Virus record (IMG/VR): IMGVR_UViG_3300045912_000789
Location: 1-64,000 of that record
Source: a virus
Length of the DNA stretch: 64,000 nucleotides
Direction: 5' to 3' (one strand)
Shown: positions 17,609 through 26,900 of the stretch, one piece after another
Numbering within the stretch: position 1 is the first letter of the stretch
Layout: each line of letters begins with the position of its first letter
Position numbers and translations under genes: made by a program
The notes under the pieces: generated by a model
Database searches by the model: none
What the model was told of the DNA's origin: nothing
Seen by the model: the letters and a program-made list of their open reading frames with translations, nothing else

Positions 17609-18321
17609 ACCGCAAGGGCGTGGGCGGTCTCGTCGGGCCCGACGGGCAGTCGATCCTGCCCGCCGGCATCGTCGACCATGCCGAAGGGGCGGAGGGCGTC
17701 AACCTCTCTCCCGAGGTCCAGGCGCGGCTCGACGCCATCTTCAAGTCCGGCCTCGAAGAGATCAAGGGCACGTACAAGCTGGAGCTGGCCATCGACGAGG
17801 CCGAGCGCAGCTCGATCAAGCCCTACTGGGGTCTCGTCACCGCCTGGACGAACGGCGGCTTCGCGCACGGTGGAGGCGACGAGGCGGTCTACTTCTGCTC
17901 GGTGGTGATCGAGAAGAACGGGCAGCAGCGCACCTGCTCGGCGCCCATCGATCTGAAGTGGATCGGCGCGAGCGCGGCCATCTGTCCGACGTGCCGCCAC
18001 GCCATCGATCCCAAGGAGCTGGCCGGGCAGGTCGGCTTCCGCCTCACCACCCAGAACTGGGCCGCCGTCCTCACCCGGATGTGGCTCACGCTCGGTGGCA
18101 GCGCGGACATCCGCCTCGGCGTCATGCAGGGCGGCATCCGTGCGAAGACCGACGACATCCTGAAGAGGGTCTCGAACAGCGCGGGAGACAAGCTCGACGA
18201 TCTCCGCGGGAAGCGCCGTTGGGCGAGCTACCCGCTCAAGAACATCATCAAGGACACCTCGGCCGGAGCTGACCTCCAGATGAGGATCCGCGACTTCCTG
18301 GCGAACGCCATCACGAAGTGA
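17605..18321 (+). CDS. Zinc-finger-containing hypothetical protein
   Basis: C..C..CPTC; ATGA coupling. Confidence 0.7.
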   Translation: MNRKGVGGLVGPDGQSILPAGIVDHAEGAEGVNLSPEVQARLDAIFKSGLEEIKGTYKLELAIDEAERSSIKPYWGLVTAWTNGGFAHGGGDEAVYFCSVVIEKNGQQRTCSAPIDLKWIGASAAICPTCRHAIDPKELAGQVGFRLTTQNWAAVLTRMWLTLGGSADIRLGVMQGGIRAKTDDILKRVSNSAGDKLDDLRGKRRWASYPLKNIIKDTSAGADLQMRIRDFLANAITK

Positions 18322-18836
18322 CCAGGACGATGCTCACCGTCGGACAGCTCAACGAGAAGATCTCCATGCTGCGATCCAAGATCGCGGTGACGGAGGGCAT
18401 CGTCCTGTACCTGAAGACGCACTACATGCCGTCGGATGGGGCGACGTCAGAGATGTCCTTCACCCGCTCCGACTACGGCAAGGTCCCGCCGAAGCACGTC
18501 GAAGCCACGATCGCCGACTACGTCGACTACCTCGACAGCCTCAAGATCGAGCTGGAGAAGCTGGAGAACACGCCCCTGACCCTGCCGGAGCCGTCGAAGC
18601 TGGCCCCCACCCAGGAAGCGCTGCCCGAGGCGAAGGCCGCCGCGGAGCCCGAGAAGAAGCCCGTGGCGACCGAGCCCAAGAAGAATGGATCGCACCCCGC
18701 ACCCACGCCCTCCCCGGCCCAGGTCGCCGCGGCGAAGGCGCCACCCGCCCGGAAGGAGGCACCCAGTGGAACTGCACGTGGAAGTCAAGATCAACCCGCC
18801 CCCGCCCAGCCCCCTGCCGGCCGACAAGCTGGATGA
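18318..18836 (+). CDS. Hypothetical protein, Pro/Ala-rich tail
   Basis: Coupled start; coiled-coil N-terminus. Confidence 0.65.
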   Translation: MTRTMLTVGQLNEKISMLRSKIAVTEGIVLYLKTHYMPSDGATSEMSFTRSDYGKVPPKHVEATIADYVDYLDSLKIELEKLENTPLTLPEPSKLAPTQEALPEAKAAAEPEKKPVATEPKKNGSHPAPTPSPAQVAAAKAPPARKEAPSGTARGSQDQPAPAQPPAGRQAG

Positions 18837-18990
18837 GCTGATCAACGGCCACCTCTCGGAGTTCGAGCGGTGGTTCGTCGAGCGCCAGCGCGCCAAGGGC
18901 AACCCGAACCCCACCGGCCTGATCGGCGTCGAGGGGTCCATCCTCAAGACCTACGTGCTGTTCCTCCACTCGAAGGGAGCCTCTCCGTGA
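18766..18990 (+). CDS. Hypothetical protein (74 aa)
   Basis: AAGGAGG SD before GTG 18766. Confidence 0.65.
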   Translation: MELHVEVKINPPPPSPLPADKLDELINGHLSEFERWFVERQRAKGNPNPTGLIGVEGSILKTYVLFLHSKGASP

Positions 18991-19298
18991 CCGCCTCGCT
19001 GACCGTCAACCGCACCTGCACCCGCTGCCCCCGCGTCGAGCAGACCGAGGTCTCGGTCGAGGACATCATGAAGATGGCCACGACCGCCAAGTCCCAAGGG
19101 GGCAAGACCACCATCCCGGAGGGCCCGAAGGCTCTGGCGATCCGAATCGACGAGAAGCAGACCGTCGAGTTCCCCTTCCTCTGCACGCCGTGCCGCCAGA
19201 TCGTCGCGCGCTACATCGAGCACATCGCGAAGAAGCCGAAGCACCAGTCGGCGCTGCGAGGCGAGCAGAAGATCGAGGTCGAGGAGGACGACGCCTGA
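18987..19298 (+). CDS. Zinc-binding protein (CTRC...CTPC)
   Basis: GTGA coupling; two CxxC motifs. Confidence 0.65.
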   Translation: MTASLTVNRTCTRCPRVEQTEVSVEDIMKMATTAKSQGGKTTIPEGPKALAIRIDEKQTVEFPFLCTPCRQIVARYIEHIAKKPKHQSALRGEQKIEVEEDDA

Positions 19299-19310
19299 AC
19301 GGGTGCAAGA

Positions 19311-19352
19311 GAAACGGGTGAAGGGCCGCCTCGCAGCGGCCCTTTCCGTTTC
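19311..19352. terminator. Bidirectional intrinsic terminator
   Basis: GAAACGG-gtg-AAGGGCCGC-loop-GCGGCCCTT-t-CCGTTTC between convergent genes. Confidence 0.75.
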
Positions 19353-19355
19353 AGG

Positions 19356-19964
19356 TCACCAGACGTCCTCGCTGAACAGCTCGTCGCTCGGGCTCGCCCG
19401 TTCGAGGAGCTGATGCCGTTCGCGGGCGATGACCTTCGCCTCGTAGCGGTCGACGAAGCGGCCTGTACTGGTCACGAAGCCCTGCACGTGCCGGTACTCG
19501 AAGCGCTGTTCGTTGAAGGGCTTGCCGGCGGCCTTCATCACGGCGATGACGTCGTGGTGTCGACCCGGGCGCGGCACGGTGAAGACCGTGCCGTCCGCGT
19601 GCTGGATGGCCGCCATCTCGATCTGCTCGGGGAGGTCGCGGTCCTTGATGGCTGCGTGGCGGATCGCGTTGTGGACCACCGAGGCCAGGTCTCGACGACC
19701 GCCGGGCGGGAGCTTCTGCATCAGCTCGTGGGCCCAGAGGGTCCAGAGCTGGAACTGCTGCTCCGGCGTCAGCGGCTCCCCGTTCGTGCCGTTGAGCGTG
19801 GCGATCACAGCGCTGAGGCCCTTGCCGTCACCGGGAACGCCGATCACGGAGTAGAGCACGATGCAGTCGCACGCGCCGACGCTGCCGTCTGCGGGGATCT
19901 GCTCGCGAGTGAGCCCCTCGGGGTGGGGCTCGATCTTGTACGTGACGTGGTACTTGCCGTCCAT
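19356..19964 (-). CDS. Two-domain conserved phage protein
   Basis: C-terminal AAI..GRHHD..QGFVTSTGRFVDRxEA..LFSEDVW domain, recurrent in phages. Confidence 0.7.
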   Translation of the reverse strand: MDGKYHVTYKIEPHPEGLTREQIPADGSVGACDCIVLYSVIGVPGDGKGLSAVIATLNGTNGEPLTPEQQFQLWTLWAHELMQKLPPGGRRDLASVVHNAIRHAAIKDRDLPEQIEMAAIQHADGTVFTVPRPGRHHDVIAVMKAAGKPFNEQRFEYRHVQGFVTSTGRFVDRYEAKVIARERHQLLERASPSDELFSEDVW

Positions 19965-20200
19965 CACGACGCCTTGAGCTTCGCGACCTCGATGACCGCG
20001 ATCTTCCTCAGCTTGGCGTAGCGCACGTTCAGGTGCGTGAAGCCAGCCTCCTTGATCTGCGGGAGGTTGATGTAGCGCCCGTCGTCGGGGCTGCTCATGT
20101 CCGAGATCTGGAAGTCGAGGTCGCCGATGAGGCTACCCTCGATCTCCTTCTTGGACTTGTAGTCCCGTCCGTAGGCGGGCACGAGGGTGATCTTCTTCAC
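19964..20200 (-). CDS. Conserved small phage protein
   Basis: GTG 20200 with GGAGG SD; TLVPAYGRDYKSKKE motif. Confidence 0.7.
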   Translation of the reverse strand: MKKITLVPAYGRDYKSKKEIEGSLIGDLDFQISDMSSPDDGRYINLPQIKEAGFTHLNVRYAKLRKIAVIEVAKLKAS

Positions 20201-20454
20201 CGTGCCTCCGGGTTCTCCGACGGTACATGGCCGTCCGGGTCTTTCATCTGGTGGCCGAACTTGTCGAGGAAGGACTCGTCGACGATGATCGCCACCGGCT
20301 TCATCGCGACGCTGCCGTCTTCCTCTGCGATCGCCGCACAGACGTACGCGACGTCGTGCTCCTGGAACTTGCCGCTGAGCAGCGCGAAGTTCTCGTGGTC
20401 GTTCCGGATGACCTCGAAGATCCCCTTCTGCTCGTCGGTGAGGGGGCTGCTCAT
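20197..20454 (-). CDS. Hypothetical protein (85 aa)
   Basis: ATGA coupling at 20454. Confidence 0.65.
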   Translation of the reverse strand: MSSPLTDEQKGIFEVIRNDHENFALLSGKFQEHDVAYVCAAIAEEDGSVAMKPVAIIVDESFLDKFGHQMKDPDGHVPSENPEAR

Positions 20455-21176
20455 CGCGCCTGGAAGCCCCAGTAGAAGCGGGGGTGGTGCTGGAACAACA
20501 GCGTGCCCGACACGCCATCCTTCTTCCGCGTCACGATGACGAACGGCGCGGCGAAGCCCTGGACGTCGAAGTCGCGCTTCAGCTCCTCGGTGTCCCAGAC
20601 GTTGCCCTTGCCGTGGGTCGCCTCCAGCTCCTCGCGGGTGCCGGGGTTCTCGTTGATCTCCTTCGCCATGGACCGGCGAAGGTTCTCGGTCGAGTCTTCC
20701 ATGAACGGTCTCCTCAGCATCTTGATGTTGTCGATCGCCCACTGTCTGATCGACGGGCCTTCGCTGCCCGCCGAGTTCCAGCCCTGCTTGTCCTTCCACT
20801 TCATCCAGGTCAGCTCGACCGGAAGCGGGTGCAGGATCTCCCACAGACCGACGTACTTCTCGACGTCGATCGTGAGCCCGTTGTCGCCGTAGGTGCCCTC
20901 GATGTAGACGCGGTAGGCGCCGTCGAGGATGTACGGCTTGTAGTGCTCGGGGTGCGGGTGTGTCGGGCTCGGGCCAGTGTCGTGGATAGCCTTGGCCCGA
21001 TCGGACTTGATGATGAGGTCGCCCACCATGAAGTGCCCGAGCTGGTGCATCCGAGCGTGCCGCACACACGCTCGAATCTCGCCGCCGGCGGTCTTGGAGA
21101 AGAGCGCGAGGAACGGCCCGCGTGACCACTGCGAACCGTCGCGCTGGTTGTAGCCAGACGAACCGCCGAGGAACAT
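20451..21176 (-). CDS. Two-domain phage protein
   Basis: AGGAG SD; C-terminal WDTEEL..F..PFVIV..GTLLFQHHPRFYW domain. Confidence 0.65.
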   Translation of the reverse strand: MFLGGSSGYNQRDGSQWSRGPFLALFSKTAGGEIRACVRHARMHQLGHFMVGDLIIKSDRAKAIHDTGPSPTHPHPEHYKPYILDGAYRVYIEGTYGDNGLTIDVEKYVGLWEILHPLPVELTWMKWKDKQGWNSAGSEGPSIRQWAIDNIKMLRRPFMEDSTENLRRSMAKEINENPGTREELEATHGKGNVWDTEELKRDFDVQGFAAPFVIVTRKKDGVSGTLLFQHHPRFYWGFQAR

Positions 21177-21487
21177 CAGCGGCTCCTGGTCGGCGGCGTC
21201 GGCGTGGGAGGCAGCTCTCCGTGGTCGGCGAAGAACTGGAGGATCGGAAGGAGGTCCTTGACCATGTCGCGGGTCAGGTGCATCCGCGCCATGGCGCCCT
21301 TCTTTCCGTTCTCCTCGACGAGGTTCACCTCCTCGATGCTGGCGTGGTTGACGCCGAACCAGATGGCGTCGTCGGTCGCCAGCGACGACTCCTGGATCGA
21401 GCACTTCTCGCCGTAGCGATCGGTGAACTCGAAGCGCTCGAACCCGCGGTCGGTCTTCTTCGAGGTGATCTGGAACTTCTTGGCCAT
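21176..21487 (-). CDS. Conserved phage protein
   Basis: RGF..F.DRYG..CSIQESSLA..AIWFG..RMHL..LLP.L..F..GEL motif. Confidence 0.75.
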   Translation of the reverse strand: MAKKFQITSKKTDRGFERFEFTDRYGEKCSIQESSLATDDAIWFGVNHASIEEVNLVEENGKKGAMARMHLTRDMVKDLLPILQFFADHGELPPTPTPPTRSR

Positions 21488-22479
21488 CAGGGATTCTCCG
21501 CCCAGAAGCGCTCCTGGATGTCGCAGCAGCGCAGGTTGAGGAACTCCACGTTCGGTGCGCGGGGCAGCTCGGACTTCGCGTACAGCTCCTGCATCTCGGC
21601 GTCCTGTTGCTCTGCCCACGCGATGTCGTCGTACTTCCAGGCGCCGCGGCGGATCGCCAGCAGCTCCTCGGCGTCCGGGCGCCTCACGACCATCTCGCCG
21701 CGCGTCAGGATCTCACGGCACATCCGCAGCAGGCGCACGAGGTGCATGGCGTGCTTGGTGTCGTAGCCGAACTTCGCCTCCAGCTCGGCACGCGCTGGGT
21801 TGCGTTGCTTCTTCCAGCTCTGGTAACTGTTCCAGTTCTGCATCGCAGCGTGGTAGCGCTTCTCGGCGCCGACGATCTCTTGGACGTTCGGGCTGGGCGC
21901 GTAGCCCTCCTCCTTCAGATCGTCCACGAGCTTGTCGTACGCCCCGAGCATGTCGGGCGTGATCTTGACGTTGTCCGGCAGGCCGAAGTCCTTGCGCTCG
22001 GGCTTGGCGCCCGGCGGGTTCCGCAGCCAGCCGCGGTGTGTGCGGATGCGCTTGAGCTGGTGGATCGCGTAGCCGGTGAAGGTGTGCTTGGCCTTCTTCG
22101 ACAGGAACGCGTAGCGCAGCTCGCGCAGCGACTGCCCGGCAGGCGTGATCTTGATGATGTCCGAGTCGTCGACGAAGAGGACTTCGAGGACGTTCGGGTT
22201 GCAGTCTGCTGCGAGGTTCATGAACTTGCGGAGGTCGTAGATCACCTGATCGACCACGGCGTTCCCGAAGCCGTCGCGCTGGATCTTCGACTCGTTCTGC
22301 TCGAACGTGTAGGCGAAGCCCGTGACGTGCGTCCGTGGCGCGATGGCGGCGCCGCGAAGATCGATGTCGCTGTCGGGGAGGTTCGTGCCGTAGGCGTGGG
22401 ATCCGTGCCGGGCGAGGTAGATGGTGCGCGGTTCGATGTCGAAGTGCATGTTCACCAGGTCTTGGGTCTGAGTTTCCAT
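21487..22479 (-). CDS. Pol-beta superfamily nucleotidyltransferase (YcgL/RlaP/T4 NrdC.11-like)
   Basis: GSHAYGTNLPDSDIDLRG, NPNVLEVLF, YDTKHAMHLVRLL and LLAIRRG motifs. Confidence 0.85.
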   Translation of the reverse strand: METQTQDLVNMHFDIEPRTIYLARHGSHAYGTNLPDSDIDLRGAAIAPRTHVTGFAYTFEQNESKIQRDGFGNAVVDQVIYDLRKFMNLAADCNPNVLEVLFVDDSDIIKITPAGQSLRELRYAFLSKKAKHTFTGYAIHQLKRIRTHRGWLRNPPGAKPERKDFGLPDNVKITPDMLGAYDKLVDDLKEEGYAPSPNVQEIVGAEKRYHAAMQNWNSYQSWKKQRNPARAELEAKFGYDTKHAMHLVRLLRMCREILTRGEMVVRRPDAEELLAIRRGAWKYDDIAWAEQQDAEMQELYAKSELPRAPNVEFLNLRCCDIQERFWAENP

Positions 22480-22733
22480 CCGCGCTCATCGAGCCAGGCC
22501 TTCAGATCGGCCCAGCTCGCTGACGCGCGGTCCTTGTTCTTCTCGTCGAGGAAGAAGAGCTTGTAGACGTCGCGGAAGCAGAGTCCGTCGTGGCATGAAC
22601 AACAGCCACCGGGACGCATGATCGGAGGCTGAGGCTGCCCGCGGAGATCTAGCGCTCCATCGTCAGTTCTCTTCTCGACGATCACCTTCTGATCGAGTCG
22701 GAACGGTTGTGTGTCGAACTCCGTGATGACCAT
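22452..22733 (-). CDS. Cys-cluster hypothetical protein
   Basis: CCSCHDGLC; in operon. Confidence 0.55.
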   Translation of the reverse strand: MVITEFDTQPFRLDQKVIVEKRTDDGALDLRGQPQPPIMRPGGCCSCHDGLCFRDVYKLFFLDEKNKDRASASWADLKAWLDERGWKLRPKTW

Positions 22734-22747
22734 GGTCAACCCCCAGG

Positions 22748-22854
22748 AAAAAGACGCGGCGCCGGTGCACCGGCACCCCAGGTTTCCCCAGAGTACCAGT
22801 GCACCGGCGGGCGCGGAGGAGAGAACACACGAAGGAGGGGCGGCTCCCCACCAC
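22748..22854 (-). ncRNA. Candidate small RNA / attenuator leader
   Basis: Begins just after a class A motif; CU-rich segment; 22-bp hairpin 22761-22808 with GAAA loop and five G-U pairs valid only on this strand; U5 tract. Confidence 0.55.
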
Positions 22855-22865
22855 TTGCTTATAGG
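22855..22865 (-). promoter_or_regulatory. Class A motif CCTATAAGCAA
   Basis: Conserved motif flanked by CCACC/GGTGG and GGCGG/CCGCC arms. Confidence 0.65.
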
Positions 22866-22881
22866 TGGATCCCGCCTCAGT

Positions 22882-23613
22882 TCATCGCGCCGCGAGCTGC
22901 GCCATCATCTCCTCGATCTTGGACGGCAGCTCCTCCAGCGGGCATCTGTTGTCGAGGACGTACTGGAACCGTTCGCGAGGGATCTCGGTCAGCTCGCGCT
23001 CGCTGGCGTGCGTGGCCTTCGCGGCCTCCTCCAGCTTGCGCAGGAGCAGGACCGTGGTGCCGCCCAGCTCGACGCTGCGGGCTTGCTCGTTGATGAAGCG
23101 ACCGTCGGTGACGACGAACTGGGGCTCGGGCTCGATCTGGACGTTCTCGTAGGCGGGCTGCATCGGGCTGGAGAAGAGCGGAGCGAACGAGCGAGCCTTC
23201 CAGTTCTGGCGAGCGCGCCACATCGACGAGAACAGGTTGTCGATCCAGACCGTGCCGAAGAGACGCCGGCCCCACTCGGTCCCCAGGGTCTGGAGAGCGA
23301 TCCGCGGGTTGACGTAGCGGGGGTAGTCGTCGAGGCATCCCGGTTGCGTGCAGCTCAGCCCGCCCTTCGTGTTCTCGAAGAGGGGCGAGTCGCACTTCAG
23401 ACAGCGGTCGCCCATCGGGTACTGCTTGTACTGGTTCTCCCGGTTCTTGCTCGGACCGTAGAGATCCTCGTCCGTGAAGTCGGGGAAGGCGATCTTGACC
23501 ATCTGCTTGAGCGGCGCCGCGAAGCTCACCTTCGTGAACCCGTGGTTCGCCACGAGGTAGTCGCCGATGGTGTCCTTGCCGCTGCCGCGGCCACCGAAGA
23601 GGACGATGTTCAC
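22882..23613 (-). CDS. Deoxynucleoside monophosphate kinase
   Basis: GGRGSGKDT P-loop, SFAAPLK, PRIALQTLGTEWGR, VVTDGRFINE and HASE motifs (T4 gp1-like); CxxC..C..C insertion. Confidence 0.88.
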   Translation of the reverse strand: MNIVLFGGRGSGKDTIGDYLVANHGFTKVSFAAPLKQMVKIAFPDFTDEDLYGPSKNRENQYKQYPMGDRCLKCDSPLFENTKGGLSCTQPGCLDDYPRYVNPRIALQTLGTEWGRRLFGTVWIDNLFSSMWRARQNWKARSFAPLFSSPMQPAYENVQIEPEPQFVVTDGRFINEQARSVELGGTTVLLLRKLEEAAKATHASERELTEIPRERFQYVLDNRCPLEELPSKIEEMMAQLAAR

Positions 23614-23933
23614 GTGGTCTCCTTTTCGATCGCCTGACCAGGCGGTGGCGGGGTGATCTGCTCGCCGTTCGGGAAGACCAGGGTCTGCCCCACGTAGAGA
23701 TCGCGCAGGATGTTGTCGCAGAGCTGGCGCAGGGCGGCGACCTCCTCGGCGGACCAGAGCTGCTTCAGCTCGGGCGGGGTGCCCTTCGGCATCAGCTTGT
23801 CGAAGCGGACGTACGGCTGGCGGAAGACGCCCTCGCCGTGCATCTCGATGAGGGCCTGCACGTTGCCGAGCCGGGGCATCGCGACGAGGTGCGTGCGCTT
23901 CGGCTCCTGGGGGTTGTCGTTCTCGGTGGACAT
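23610..23933 (-). CDS. Hypothetical protein
   Basis: AAGGA SD; first gene after a class A motif. Confidence 0.7.
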   Translation of the reverse strand: MSTENDNPQEPKRTHLVAMPRLGNVQALIEMHGEGVFRQPYVRFDKLMPKGTPPELKQLWSAEEVAALRQLCDNILRDLYVGQTLVFPNGEQITPPPPGQAIEKETT

Positions 23934-23946
23934 CGCTTTCCTTTCG

Positions 23947-23958
23947 TTGCCTGATAGG
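23947..23958 (-). promoter_or_regulatory. Class A motif CCTATCAGGCAA
   Basis: Variant of the conserved motif at a divergent junction. Confidence 0.6.
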
Positions 23959-23993
23959 CGGGGAAGCCGCTGTCGGCTACACTACCAGGCGCC

Positions 23994-26900
23994 GTGACGA
24001 TCTACACCTCACAGATGATCTCGGGCATGGTCGGCCAGCAGGTCGGCATGTTCGCTGGCTACGGCGGCTACGCCCAGCAGATCAACCCCATGATGATGGG
24101 GTACCCCGGGATGATGCCGCCGGCGATGCCGCAGCTCGGTGCGGGCGCGGCGATGCGTCGCGGCATGGGCGGGGTGTACGGCGAGCAAGCCGCGATGCGC
24201 ATGGCGAACGTCGGCCAGACGGCGATGGGCGTCGGCATGGCCGGCCTCGGGGTGCTCAGCGCGTTCAGCCCGATCCCGATGGACCCGTTCAGCGGCGGCA
24301 TGATGGGCCTGATGCGCGGCGGGATCGGTGGCGGGCTCATGGGCGCCGGGGCCGGAGCTGTGGCGGCGCTCCCGCTTTACGCTGCGACGCAGGCGGCTCA
24401 GGTCTACGGCGGCGCCTTCATGGGAGGCATGCAGGATCAGGCCGCGCTCAACAGCACGCTGCGGAACAACTTCCAGCACTTCGGCGGTCAGGGCGCGTTC
24501 GGTCGAGGCTTCAGCCAGAACCAGATGGGCCAGATCGGCCAGATGATCAGCGGTGAGCTGCGTCGTAGCCCGTTCAGCAACGCGCAGGAGATGAACCAGC
24601 TCGTCCAAGGTGGGGCCGAGGCCGGGATGTTCACGGCGGTGCGCGACGTCCAGCAGTTCACGCAGCGCTTCCGCACGATGCTGAACACGCTGCGAGATGT
24701 GCAGCGCGAGCTGGGTGGCACGCTCACCGACGCGCTCCAGTTCGTGCGTGGCGCTCAGCAGGCTGGCATCTTCCGCAACGCCGATCAGGCGAACTTCGCG
24801 TCCGAGGTTCGTACGGCCGAAGCGGTCACCGGCATGGATCGTAACCAGCTCATCGCGCTGAGCGCTCAAGGCGCGCAGATCAGTCGGGCGTTCGGCGGGA
24901 TGGGGCGGCAGGGCGCGATGGGCGCTCTGCGAGGCGCACAGACTCTCGGCGCCGCGATCCAGTCGGGCGTGGTCAACCAGGAGATGCTCTCGGAGGCCAC
25001 GGGCGGGCTGATGGGGGCCGAGGCGATCGGCGCATTCACCACGAACATGCTCCAGCGCGCGGGCCGCTTCAGCCGAACCGGCATGGGACGCTTCAGCCTC
25101 TTCGCGCTCAGCAACGCGGAGGGCACTGGGCTCGACGCCGACATGATGTCGAGGTTCATGGCAGGCGATCTCTCGACCGGAGAGGTCAGCCGAGCGGCTC
25201 ACCGTCGAGTGGGCGGGATGGGGCGCGCTCGGGCGCTCAACCGGGAAGGGCTGCTTCGAGGGGCGGTGATGGAGGAGGGCGGCATGGCCGCCCAGATCGG
25301 CATGATGCGTCTGATGGTCGGAGATCGAGTGCTCGACCAGAGCGACGACATGGCGAGCCTCGTCCTCCAGCGGCGCTTCCACATGAGCCGGCCGGAGTCC
25401 GAGCTGATGATGAACCTGATGCGGAACCAGGGAACGATCGCTCAGGAAGAGGCGATGACGGCCCGAGGTGCGCGTCGTCAGACTGACATCTCCCGCGACA
25501 TCAGCGAGAACCGAAGCGTCGACGCCTTCATGCGACAGCTCGAACACGGCATGTCCGACACGATGGGCGTGACCCGCGTTCGAGAGCTGGGACGCAGCTT
25601 CATGACTCGGATCAGCTCGCTTGCCGAGCGGGCGATGAACGACATCCTCGGCATCTCGGCTTCGACTCTCACGCGAGGAGACGAGGCCGCCCTCAACCGG
25701 ATGTTCCTCGGCCGATCGTCGGCAGCCGACATCGCGCGGCTCGACACCCGAGGCGCCGGTGGCGGCGGGGACATGATCAATGCCGAGTCGCTCTTCGATC
25801 GGCCGCTTGCCCAGGACGTGCTGCATGCTCTGCCGTTCGGCATGGGCGGTCACGTCCCGCTCACCGCTGGTGAAGCGCTCAGCCGGCGCGGCGTGCGCGG
25901 GCTTCGGGGACCCGGTGCCGGCGCTACTGCGCGTGATGCGATCGAGGAGGCACGACAGGCTCAGACGGGCCTGGTCATGGGCGACAGCCGCCTTGCGCTC
26001 GATCGGCTCGCTGCCGACACCGAGCGGACCATGCGGCGCATCTCGCAGGCTGATCTGATGTCTGCGGGCCTGGGCGACAGCTCGCGCTTCTACCAGCTCC
26101 TCGGAGGAGACGCGAACGCGATCGATGCGTTCATGGCGAACAACGGCATGACCGGCACGATGCGGGGAGCCGGTGGTGTGCCCAGCCTGGCGAACGTGGG
26201 TGCTGGTGGGCGGATCACCGCGGGCGGGCTGGTGCGGGACGCCCTGCGATTCATGCTCGGCGGGGCTACCGGAATGGCCGTGTCCGAAGCGCTCGGGTTC
26301 GGTGGGTCGGAGACGCTCGCTGCACTCCGGACGCCCGAGGAGAGCGCAGCAGCGTTCTTCACGGGAGGCAACGCGGGCTTCCGGCGAGAGATGCTGCGGC
26401 GGTCGGGAGGACGTACCGGAGCCGACGTTCGCGAGACGATCTCGTACATGGAGGGGGCGGGTCTGGGAGACGACGCGGTCCGCCGAACGCTCGGCCTCAG
26501 CGAGAACCGCGCGGCTCTCCTGCTCGAAGGCGTGGAGGGCGTCGACCGGTCGGCCATGGAGGCGGTCCTGGGCTCGGAGGAGTTCCAGGGACGTGCTCGC
26601 CGGATCCTGGGTGCCGGAGAGGGGCTCGGCGACGAGCTGGAGGCGCTTCGTCGGTACGCAGGCACCCTGGAGGACCCCGCTCAGCGACGAGCCGTGGAGT
26701 CGCTCGCCGAGCAGATCAACCAGGGCGCGGGGGCCAACGGCGAGATCACCGGGGAGCTTCGTAGGGCGCTGGAGGCGTCGGGGTTCGATCCCCGCCGCAT
26801 CGCGGAGATCCGTACGCGGCGCGCGGACATGGCGTCCGAGTACCGGGCGATGGCCCGAGGGATCACGGCAGTCGGCGGCGAGGGCCTGTCGGAACTCGCT

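Noticed and set aside
22811-22840. + strand SD-like GGAGGAG/GAAGGAGG as the start of a gene
   Set aside because: No start codon at a suitable distance; the G-U pattern and U-tract favour a - strand RNA
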